Positions 10,198 through 18,642 of a DNA stretch of 51,234 nucleotides are shown piece after piece (position 1 is the stretch's first letter; every line of letters starts with the position of its first letter). Under the pieces are notes generated by a model that was given only the letters and a program-made list of their open reading frames with translations, searched no databases and had not been told where the DNA came from. Location of the stretch: contig CAWHMU010000038.1 in NCBI GenBank assembly GCA_963830365.1, positions 1 to 51,234 on the forward strand. The letters run 5' to 3'. Source of the stretch: an uncultured Chlamydiae bacterium. Lineage in GTDB: Bacteria > Chlamydiota > Chlamydiia > Chlamydiales > Parachlamydiaceae. The translations under genes and the position numbers were made by a program.

Positions 10198-10448
10198 ACT
10201 AAAATTTAAATCTTTCATCCTGTCCATCCTAATATCCTGTTATTTTTGCTCCGATGTGTTACCAACATTTCCCCATTTCTACGCCTCCTTTTCTAGGTGG
10301 GTCCTATTAAACCGGATGAACCTCAAAAACTCATCATGTAGGCTTTGGCTTAACGGGTTGGGGTCAGGCTTGCGATTTGCGATTTGAAACGAGTCGGGCT
10401 TTCTAATGTATTTAGGACTTTCAAATCACAAATCACAAGGCTGACCCC
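9719..10448. repeat. Three inverted pairs of a 28-bp GGGGTCNAGCCTGYGATTTGYGATTTGA repeat
   Basis: Copies at 9719(+), 9778(-), 9920(+), 10132(-), 10360(+), 10422(-). Confidence 0.85.
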
Positions 10449-10899
10449 AACCCTCAAAGTCCTTTCACGTCATAAATTCTTGAGTAGTCATCTCTGTCAA
10501 CCCCTCATTTGTGTGATGACCCCATTCTAGCTCAGAAGGTCTAGTTTGCCTCGATAGAGAAGGAAGGATGTAGTCATAGGTGTCAACCTATGGCATAAAA
10601 TATAGCATGCATAGAGCCGCTATCACGGCTTGGTGTCTTTGGTGGTACAGTAACAGACTTTAAGCCTGTGGCTACATGCTGCCACCGCTATTGGCGGCTA
10701 ACAACCAGGCTTCAACGAAAGAGGCTATCATTTGCATAAGACGAGGTGGTCATTTGTCGGCAGAATCAAAAATGTTCGCATGGCATGCGCCCTGTCGCGT
10801 ATATGGCAGCACTAGCTCAACTCCTGTCTTTACAGGCACGCACGTGCAATTTGCCATTTATATGGTATATTTTGAGTGAACCGCCACTTCTTATTTTTG

Positions 10900-11352
10900 T
10901 TAGAAGCTGGCATAGAGACGCTCAACCAACCAAGTTCCATGGAACTCATAGGGCGTGTCGCTGCGGATTTCAGCAAAAGCCATTTCCGAAACCCTGGCGA
11001 TTTTCTTTACAAAATTCGCCCCCTTGGCAAGTAGGCCGCGGCCGCCACAGCCGAAGGTGAAGGCGCCCAGCTTCTTGCTCATATTGGCTCCTACGACCAT
11101 GCCATCATGGGCGAGCACCACAGATCCTGTCGTAGATATAAGCAAGCAGACGGCTGAAAATGGCGCGCCGGCAACCATTAGCATGCTGGCCAGAAATGTG
11201 CCGGCTGCAAATAAACCAAGGACCATGCCGCCGATACGCAAGGCCAGGGCGGTGAGGCGTTGGCTTCTCTGCTGCTGGCTGGCATCAGCATGGGTATAAA
11301 GCAGATCAAAATCGGATGTTATACCTTTGAAAAACTGATCAATGGGAATCAT
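10900..11352 (-). CDS. Hypothetical membrane protein, Inc-like bilobed hydrophobic segment
   Basis: ~45-aa continuous hydrophobic stretch with a central GAP turn. Confidence 0.7.
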   Translation of the reverse strand: MIPIDQFFKGITSDFDLLYTHADASQQQRSQRLTALALRIGGMVLGLFAAGTFLASMLMVAGAPFSAVCLLISTTGSVVLAHDGMVVGANMSKKLGAFTFGCGGRGLLAKGANFVKKIARVSEMAFAEIRSDTPYEFHGTWLVERLYASF

Positions 11353-11378
11353 AATCCACCTGTAATGTACACGCTAAA

Positions 11379-13055
11379 TTAATTTTTCCCACGCTGCTCC
11401 AAAGAGAGCGTCATGGAGATTGTGTCCGTAAGCTCTGCCGGACCGAAGAACTGGATGGGCCCTGGAGCTAGGTAGACATCCTGCAAGGCCCATTGCGCGC
11501 GCTGCTGTTTGAAAAGCGCAAAAGGTTTCCCGTCGAGATCGACCAGCGCTTTTTTGATGACGGGTTTAGGTTTCCCATGGCGCTCTTCGATGGTCATCAG
11601 GGCTGTCAGCGGATAGGCGCCGCCCTGCCATTGGTCTACAGGCGCAGCCAGGTTTTTAATGGCGCAGATATAGCCGCTGGCTTTACCGTTGATGAGCAAC
11701 GCCGCTACATGACCCAGCGCATAGCAATATTGGCAATCGAAATTTGACGGTAGGCAGGATCTGCCTTCATAACCCAGAAAGAGAGGTTGCGGGGAGAAAC
11801 TGCCGCTATAGGCGCCGGCTTTGGCGCGCTTTTGGAGGTCATTTTTAACCATCGCGATGAGCAGGCGTTCGGTCTCAATTTTCGATACCTGCACATTGCC
11901 GTGGGCATCCCTGCCGAGCAGCAGCTGGGCTTTAATATCTTTTGGAAGGGATTGAAAGCAAGGCAAAGCCTTTTTAGATAGCAGTTTGGCCATGTAGTCG
12001 ATTTTTTCCTCATCATGCCCTAAAGCTGCCATCGCAGTGGCATGGGGCTTATCGCCGGCTAGCAGGCTGTTGAGTTCCCCGATGAGGGCATTGACTTCCG
12101 GGATGAATTCGATAAGCCCTTCAGGAATGAGGATGACGCCATAATCTTTGCCGGCTGCCGCCCGCGCAGAGATCAGGTCGCTGATGTTGGTGACGATAGC
12201 AGACAGCGTCAGCTGCTTTTCAGCAACCTCCTCGCCGATAAGAGTCAGATTGGGATGGGTCTGCAGAGCACATTCCAGGGCGATATGCGAGGCGGCGCGG
12301 CCCATCAGCTTGACAAAGAAGTAGTACTTCTTGGCCGACAGGGCATCGCGCATCAGGTTGCCGATGGTATCGGCATAGACTTTACAGGCGCTATCAAAAC
12401 CGAACGAGATTTCGATGTGCTGATTTTTCAGGTCGCCATCGATGGTCTTCGGCACGCCCACCACGCTTGTTTTGCAGCCGCTAGCAGCAAAGCGTTCTGC
12501 CAGCACGGCGGCATTGGTATTGGAGTCATCGCCGCCAACGATAATGAGTCCATCCAGACGCAAACTATTGACTGTCGCCTCGGCGGCAACCAGCTGCTCT
12601 GCGGTCTCAATTTTGGTCCTGCCCGAACCGAGCAGATCAAAGCCCCCCTGATTGCGGTAGGAAGACAAAAGAGCGGCGGTAATTTCGACATGATTATTTT
12701 TAATGATGCCGCCTGGGCCATCGCAAAAGCCATATAGCAGACTGTCGGGATGCAATGCTTTCAGCGCATCGAATAAACCGGCGATCACATTATGTCCTCC
12801 GGGGGCCTGTCCGCCGGAAAAAACCACGCCCACGCGCAATGGGGCATGGGCGGCTTTATCGCTAGTATTGGTCGTTAGCGGCAGATGAGCACTCGTATGT
12901 GGGAAAGCTTTGGCAATCAGGGGATCGATAGGCGCTATTTTGGCGGTATTGTCGACGGTAACAACGGTGTGGGACAAGCTCTGCAAAGATTTGGGTAGCT
13001 GGGGAAGGTATTTTAAACGTGCCTCAGAAAGGGAACTTTGTGCACACATAGTCAT
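11379..13055 (-). CDS. pfp: Pyrophosphate-dependent phosphofructokinase
   Basis: SGGQAPGGHNV, GGDDSNTNA, PKTIDGD, MGRAASH, GYEGRS. Confidence 0.95.
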   Translation of the reverse strand: MTMCAQSSLSEARLKYLPQLPKSLQSLSHTVVTVDNTAKIAPIDPLIAKAFPHTSAHLPLTTNTSDKAAHAPLRVGVVFSGGQAPGGHNVIAGLFDALKALHPDSLLYGFCDGPGGIIKNNHVEITAALLSSYRNQGGFDLLGSGRTKIETAEQLVAAEATVNSLRLDGLIIVGGDDSNTNAAVLAERFAASGCKTSVVGVPKTIDGDLKNQHIEISFGFDSACKVYADTIGNLMRDALSAKKYYFFVKLMGRAASHIALECALQTHPNLTLIGEEVAEKQLTLSAIVTNISDLISARAAAGKDYGVILIPEGLIEFIPEVNALIGELNSLLAGDKPHATAMAALGHDEEKIDYMAKLLSKKALPCFQSLPKDIKAQLLLGRDAHGNVQVSKIETERLLIAMVKNDLQKRAKAGAYSGSFSPQPLFLGYEGRSCLPSNFDCQYCYALGHVAALLINGKASGYICAIKNLAAPVDQWQGGAYPLTALMTIEERHGKPKPVIKKALVDLDGKPFALFKQQRAQWALQDVYLAPGPIQFFGPAELTDTISMTLSLEQRGKN

Positions 13056-13396
13056 CTCCTTAACAAAAATATAGCTCCAAAGCTGAGATTATCTATGATG
13101 GGATTGGAATTATCAAACAAAAATTAAAATAATTTACGTGTGTCAGCCGATATATGCGTCATCAACAAATGCAGACCAAGACCTGTTAATCGCGTCAATC
13201 CGTGAACGAAAGTTTCCTCTGTAAGGGTGAACATAGCCGATAAGAACGGGTTTTACCGAAAGCCATCTGTTTTTTATCTGTTTTTATTGAAGTTAAGAAG
13301 TAAATATGCTACAATTCTTTTTCATTAGCAATAGATGTTATGTTTTTAAACTAATCATGAATTTACTTTCATTTAAACATCTAAAAAGGATTTATT

Positions 13397-14218
13397 TTGA
13401 TTTATTTACAAACAAATAACATGGTCGTAAATACTATTATTCAGCCAAAAATCATGGCTACAAATCAATCAATCGAAGAACAGAAAACACCGGTTATGCG
13501 TAGTGCTACTAGTCCAGGATCTCCCTTATCATCGACAGATGATGTGGTCTCTAATGTGACAAAAGGCCGCCTGCCTTCAAACCCGACCGAAGTTAAACCA
13601 ACGCCTGTGATAACGGAAGCTGGTAAACTGAATGCATTAACGGAAATAGACCAGGTGAAGGATTTTGCAGCTAAAGTGGCAATTTTAGGATTTTGCGCGA
13701 AGCATGGGCTAACTAAATTTAAATTTTGTCTTAATGAAATTGTTCCAGCTGGTATACAAAACATAATCAGAACAAGTAATCGTTTTATTAGTAAACTTGC
13801 TAGTTTGCCTATCGCTTCACTACCAGATCCAGTAAGAGGTCATGCCTATACTATTATTACTTCTCCCATCGTTGAGGAAATTGAACATCGTTTTCTACTT
13901 CAAGAAGTTTTATTGCGAAGGCTGCCAAAAATGATTTTAGACAAATGCGCTCCAAAATACACCTCTTTGATCGAATCTCGAGCAGCAAAAATTGGCCGCG
14001 TAGCCTTGAGTACGCTGGTATTTGGATTATGTCATATCACCCGTGATCAAGATCACGCCGATAAGTGCTTAGGTTCAAATTATGGCATTTCAGTGCTAGG
14101 GGGTGGAATTTTACTCGGATATTTAACCGAAAAGTCTGGAAATATAGGCGGCGCTATTATTGCCCACATGGCACATAATTTTTGGGCTACAGTACATTCT
14201 TTTAATTACTTCAAATAG
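13397..14218 (+). CDS. CPBP/Abi (CAAX protease-like) intramembrane metalloprotease; start uncertain
   Basis: EEIEHR, FGLCH and AHMAHN motifs; AT-rich relative to neighbours. Confidence 0.8.
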   Translation: MIYLQTNNMVVNTIIQPKIMATNQSIEEQKTPVMRSATSPGSPLSSTDDVVSNVTKGRLPSNPTEVKPTPVITEAGKLNALTEIDQVKDFAAKVAILGFCAKHGLTKFKFCLNEIVPAGIQNIIRTSNRFISKLASLPIASLPDPVRGHAYTIITSPIVEEIEHRFLLQEVLLRRLPKMILDKCAPKYTSLIESRAAKIGRVALSTLVFGLCHITRDQDHADKCLGSNYGISVLGGGILLGYLTEKSGNIGGAIIAHMAHNFWATVHSFNYFK

Positions 14219-14271
14219 CAAGCGATCACTCCTCTACATACCCCTCTGCAGAATTTCCGGCTATGTTCACC

Positions 14272-14420
14272 CACTCGGTCACGTTTTGTGAGAAATCATG
14301 CCGTCCTTTCAGGACTCTGCCTTAAAATTGGATTTCCCCAGGCCTGCGCTTCGCTCCGACCTAGGTTAAGCAAAAACAACATTTGAATCCTGAAAGGACG
14401 GCATAAAACTTGACCGAGTG
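14272..14420. repeat. Nested REP-like palindrome between convergent genes
   Basis: cactcggtca/tgaccgagtg flanking atgccgtcctttcagga/tcctgaaaggacggcat (14298-14404). Confidence 0.75.
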
Positions 14421-14508
14421 TGCTCCAAGGAAGGTGAGCATAGCAGAATTTCCTTGCTTTGCTCTTGCGGCGCTGTTCTGGCATAGGGTAATAAAAATAC
14501 CCGGTCCA

Positions 14509-15363
14509 TTAAACAACAGCCCCATGACTTGTTTTATAGCTATGTGCCGCGGCGGTGCAGCCTTGCAAAGTGTCGGCAAACCAGCGGCAGGTTTTGTTTA
14601 TGGCCAGCTGCTGTTCCTGCGGGTGAGAGAAATCGTGATCCGTATTAGGCAAACGGATAAATTCGCTTATGCCTGTGGCTTGTTCTCTACTTCTCATATA
14701 GCGGTTGGCATGCTCGATGGCGACGACATTGTCCTTTTCGCCGTGGATATGTAAAAGCGGAATCTGCGTCAGTGCCGTCAGCTCATCATCCATGCGGCTA
14801 TCGAAGAGCTGTTTGAAAAAAGTGTAGCTGGGCAGCTGGCCATTGAAGCGCATCATATTCAGGCGTTGCTCCTGGCTGATTTGCGGCGCATGCGCCAGCT
14901 GCCATTGCTGCTGCCATTGGTGGGTGTCGAAGGGCGAAGCCCAGATAGCCAAACTTTTTATCTCCCCATAGCAGCGCGCGGCCTTCAGGGCCACCATGCC
15001 GCCGACAGAGCGGCCGAAGAGCCCGATGCGCTGTGTGTAGATATCGGGGATGGTCTTTAAGAATTCAAGGGCCAGCAAGGCGTCACTGACTTCACTTTCT
15101 AGCGTCATTTCAGAAAATTCGCCTTCACTGTCGCCTGAGCCGCGGAAATCGATGCGCAGCGAGGCGATCCCCTGCTCGGCAAGTTTCTGTGATAGAGCGA
15201 CATAAAGTCGCGATTTGCCGCTCTTGTTTCCGGCCAGACCATGGCATAGCAGGATGGCTGGGCAAGGGTCTGGCGAGAGGGGGCGATGGAAGATGCCGAA
15301 AATCTTTTGTCCTTGGTTTTCAATGACCACAGATTCTCTTACTTCGACTTTAGGCATCGTCAT
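14509..15363 (-). CDS. Alpha/beta hydrolase
   Basis: CHGLAG, DFRGSGDSEG, nucleophile GRSVGG, HGEKD, DHDF. Confidence 0.9.
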   Translation of the reverse strand: MTMPKVEVRESVVIENQGQKIFGIFHRPLSPDPCPAILLCHGLAGNKSGKSRLYVALSQKLAEQGIASLRIDFRGSGDSEGEFSEMTLESEVSDALLALEFLKTIPDIYTQRIGLFGRSVGGMVALKAARCYGEIKSLAIWASPFDTHQWQQQWQLAHAPQISQEQRLNMMRFNGQLPSYTFFKQLFDSRMDDELTALTQIPLLHIHGEKDNVVAIEHANRYMRSREQATGISEFIRLPNTDHDFSHPQEQQLAINKTCRWFADTLQGCTAAAHSYKTSHGAVV

Positions 15364-15398
15364 TTCCTAATGTTAGTTAGCAATATAAAGTTGCATGT

Positions 15399-16775
15399 TT
15401 AACATTCCGGCACGTTTACTGCAAGCCCCCCTTGCGAAGTTTCTTTGTAAATTGATTTCATATCATTGCCAGTCTGACGCATGGTGGCGATCACCTGGTC
15501 CAGCGAAACGCGGTGGATGCCATCTCCCTGCAGTGCCAGCATGGCAGCATTGATGGCTTTGATGGCTCCCATGGTGTTGCGTTCGATGCACGGGATTTGC
15601 ACAAGTCCCATGATAGGATCGCATGTCAGGCCCAGGTTATGCTCCATGCCGATTTCGGCGGCATTTTCGATCTGCTCATTGGTGGCTCCCAAGGTGGCGG
15701 CAAGTCCGGCGGCGGCCATGGAGCAGGCCACGCCGACTTCACCCATGCAGCCCATTTCAGCGGCGGATATCGAAGCGCCTTCTTTATACAGGATGCCCAT
15801 GGCACCGGCGGTAAGCATAAAGGTGATGATGCCTTGATCGCTTGCGCCTTCGATTAGCTTTTCGTAATAATGCATCACGGCAGGAATCACGCCGGCCGCG
15901 CCATTGGTGGGGGCCGTCACGACCCTGCCGCCGGCGGCATTTTCTTCATTGACGGCCAGGGCCCATAGGCTGACCCATTCCATCACTTCGGCCGGGGATT
16001 TTTTGCGCTGTGGATCGCTGAGCAGGCGCAGTAAGCTGGCGGCGCGGCGGCGCACGTTGAGTCCGCCGGGCAGAATGCCCTCTTGGTGGCAGCCGCGTTC
16101 AACACAAGCCTTCATGACATGCCAGATATTGAGCAGGCCTTGATGCACTTCTTCCTCGCTGCGCCAGGAAAGTTCATTGGCCATCATCACATCTTCGATG
16201 CGCAGCTTGTGCTTGCGGCAGATGACCAGCAGCTCTTCGGCGGTTTTAAAGGGGTGTGGCAGCTGATGGGCTTCTTCGCCCAGATGTTTGTCTTTGCTGG
16301 CAGCGGCATGATCGACGATGAAGCCGCCGCCGACAGAATAGAAGACCTCGCTTTTCACTTCCTTACCATTGGCATCATAAACATTAAAACGCATGCCGTT
16401 GGGATGGTAAGGCAGCTGTTTGTCGCAATGGAAAAGCATTTGGCTGAATTCATCGAAGGGAATGATCTTTTGGCCGGCGAGATTAAGCATATGATGCGCG
16501 CGGATATGGGCGACTTTAGTTTGCACCGCGTTGGGATCGATCCCTTCGGGCGCCTCCCCTTCCAGTCCGAGCAGAATGGCAAGGTCTGTGCCATGTCCTT
16601 TGCCGGTAAGCGCCAACGAACCATAAAGATCGACTTTGACAGCCTGCACCAGGGATAACAACCCATCTTTCTGCAAGTTGAGTACAAACTGGCGGGCTGC
16701 TCGCATCGGACCTACGGTATGTGAACTTGATGGCCCGATGCCGATTGAGAACAAGTTAAACACGCTAATGGCCAT
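15399..16775 (-). CDS. sdaA: L-serine ammonia-lyase (Fe-S, single chain)
   Basis: [42 protein letters not shown]. Confidence 0.97.
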   Translation of the reverse strand: MAISVFNLFSIGIGPSSSHTVGPMRAARQFVLNLQKDGLLSLVQAVKVDLYGSLALTGKGHGTDLAILLGLEGEAPEGIDPNAVQTKVAHIRAHHMLNLAGQKIIPFDEFSQMLFHCDKQLPYHPNGMRFNVYDANGKEVKSEVFYSVGGGFIVDHAAASKDKHLGEEAHQLPHPFKTAEELLVICRKHKLRIEDVMMANELSWRSEEEVHQGLLNIWHVMKACVERGCHQEGILPGGLNVRRRAASLLRLLSDPQRKKSPAEVMEWVSLWALAVNEENAAGGRVVTAPTNGAAGVIPAVMHYYEKLIEGASDQGIITFMLTAGAMGILYKEGASISAAEMGCMGEVGVACSMAAAGLAATLGATNEQIENAAEIGMEHNLGLTCDPIMGLVQIPCIERNTMGAIKAINAAMLALQGDGIHRVSLDQVIATMRQTGNDMKSIYKETSQGGLAVNVPEC

Positions 16776-16904
16776 GTGATATTGCCTCTTTCTTAGGTAA
16801 TGTGTAAATCAAGGACTAAATTATTTAGGCTTTGCCATTAAGAATCAAGGGTTTTGTACTTTAATATACGATAAATGGATTTATTTTGAATTGACTAACA
16901 TTGA

Positions 16905-17031
16905 AAACACACAGAAAACACACAGAAAACCACAGAGGCACAGAGGCACAGAGAAACAAAACGACATATATTCAATCGCCGAACAGTCCTTATTTCTTTT
17001 CTGTGTCTCTGTGCCTCTGTGCCTCTGTGGT
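16905..17031. repeat. Inverted CACAGAGG-type short-unit repeat
   Basis: ccacagaggcacagaggcacagagaaaca vs tctgtgtctctgtgcctctgtgcctctgtgg; relatives at 8176-8270, 10001-10056, 35284-35422, 43610-43740, 43921-43955. Confidence 0.8.
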
Positions 17032-17058
17032 AAAGATTTTACTATCCTTCTAAGCTCA

Positions 17059-18519
17059 TTAGGCGGCTCGCGCAGCTTTGATGTCTGGTCCCTGCGCCGT
17101 CTCTTCAGCGGCCGCGCAGCTGGACTTTGCCGGCTGCAGGATTTCCGCCAGCACGTTGGCGAGCTTGGCTGTGATGGCCTTTGGATCTTGCAGCTCGTTG
17201 ATGGCACCAAGCTTAGCTTGTGCCAGCGGCAGCTTATCCAGAAGGTTGCGCGCCTGCTTTTGCAGCTTGGACATCAAGGCGGAATCGTTGGCGGCAGCCT
17301 TGCGCTGACTGCTAAAATAGTCGGCGACGCCATGGTAGAGATTGCATAGATTTGTACTGGCCAGTTCTAGTTCCTGCTCTACGCGGTCGTCATGTTCTTT
17401 GCGCTCATGGCGGTAGCTAGTGAAAATGTTTTTGGCAACTTTATATACGACTGGAGCGGCAAGCGTTAGCGATGTTAAGGCTATGGCAGGCTGCAGCTCT
17501 TTTTGCGTCAGATAATCGTAAGTAACGGGGTGTGCGTATGAGGCTGCGCCCAGGGCAACAGCAGGCAGCGACACCGCAGCGATGGCGCCGGCGGCAAGGC
17601 CGCCACTGACAGTGTGGATATATTTTTTCAGGGTATGCACGCAGCCTAGCTGATTTTGACGGGCCACGCTTAGATGGTTGGCAGCATCTTTTGGCAGGCA
17701 ATGTTCACCAAATGCTTTAGCCGATAAGACACACATCAGATTGGCATTGAATTTTTTATCTTCAGCAGCACTGCCATTTTTGAATTTGAATTTAAAATTC
17801 TCAATCTGTCCCATCACAAGTGCCACATCGTCCAGAATCTGGCCGCTCTCTGAAGGCGACAGGCCCAATTTGGCAAAGGCTTGCATGGCCAAGGACAACT
17901 TGCCTTCCAAATCTGTGACAAACTGCTTCAATTTGTACATCTGTTCCGGTGATTTCTGGGCATCGACAAAACGCATATTCAGCTCGTCGGCCACACCGGT
18001 ATAGTTTTGTTTCAGATGCTGCACCATGACGACATGGCGGTCTTTCTTAAAAGCTTCCTGCGCGGCTTCCTTCTGCGTATAGCTGTTATGCACCATATCG
18101 GAAGCTTTATGCGCCAGATATATAATCGACAGACCAACCATATCGACCAGTTTCTTTATAGGCTTGAATCCAAAAGCCGCATCACAGGCCCTATTGGCAC
18201 CAATCACCCCGGCGGCCGCACCGACTATATAAGGGGCATTGTCCATGGTCACCGACTGATAAGCATAATAAGCTCCGCCCACCAGCGCGGCGGTAGGCAC
18301 AGCCAGGGCCGTAGCAAAAGCCGAAGAGATGCAGGCGAATTTTTTAGTATGGTAGCAGCATCCCTGGCGGGTATTTTGGATATCTTCAAAACAATTGCGA
18401 GCAAATGGTGTGATGGCACTGTCCGTCGTATATTCATCCATGGCAAAAAGTGTGTCAAGCCTCTCTGCCGCCGCACCTAGCTGCGCTTGTTCACGGGCAT
18501 GTTGAATGTGGCCGGTCAT
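17059..18519 (-). CDS. Hypothetical protein with two bilobed hydrophobic regions and coiled coils (Inc-like)
   Basis: 486-aa ORF with two similar hydrophobic hairpin plus helical halves. Confidence 0.75.
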   Translation of the reverse strand: MTGHIQHAREQAQLGAAAERLDTLFAMDEYTTDSAITPFARNCFEDIQNTRQGCCYHTKKFACISSAFATALAVPTAALVGGAYYAYQSVTMDNAPYIVGAAAGVIGANRACDAAFGFKPIKKLVDMVGLSIIYLAHKASDMVHNSYTQKEAAQEAFKKDRHVVMVQHLKQNYTGVADELNMRFVDAQKSPEQMYKLKQFVTDLEGKLSLAMQAFAKLGLSPSESGQILDDVALVMGQIENFKFKFKNGSAAEDKKFNANLMCVLSAKAFGEHCLPKDAANHLSVARQNQLGCVHTLKKYIHTVSGGLAAGAIAAVSLPAVALGAASYAHPVTYDYLTQKELQPAIALTSLTLAAPVVYKVAKNIFTSYRHERKEHDDRVEQELELASTNLCNLYHGVADYFSSQRKAAANDSALMSKLQKQARNLLDKLPLAQAKLGAINELQDPKAITAKLANVLAEILQPAKSSCAAAEETAQGPDIKAARAA

Positions 18520-18642
18520 AAAAACCCCTTATTGATTTAATATTATATTTGAAATAATAACGACAATACGGTAAATCTTATTTTATTACAATACATAAAT
18601 ACGTAAACAAATAAATTAAACAGCTAGGGATGTAGTACTTAC

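Noticed and set aside
8331..10522. CRISPR array or integron cassette array built from the 24-bp repeats
   Set aside because: Spacing is irregular, both orientations occur, TSDs indicate transposition, and there is no cas or integrase gene.
8331..10522. A single large MITE from 8331 to 10522
   Set aside because: The flanks (tatttaat vs cattctag) are not a TSD, so the pairing cannot be supported.
16881..17349. ORFs 16881-17210 and 16891-17349, and similar ones at 7978, 8811, 9959, 33812, 43810
   Set aside because: They are translations of the octamer/REP repeats or shadows of real genes.
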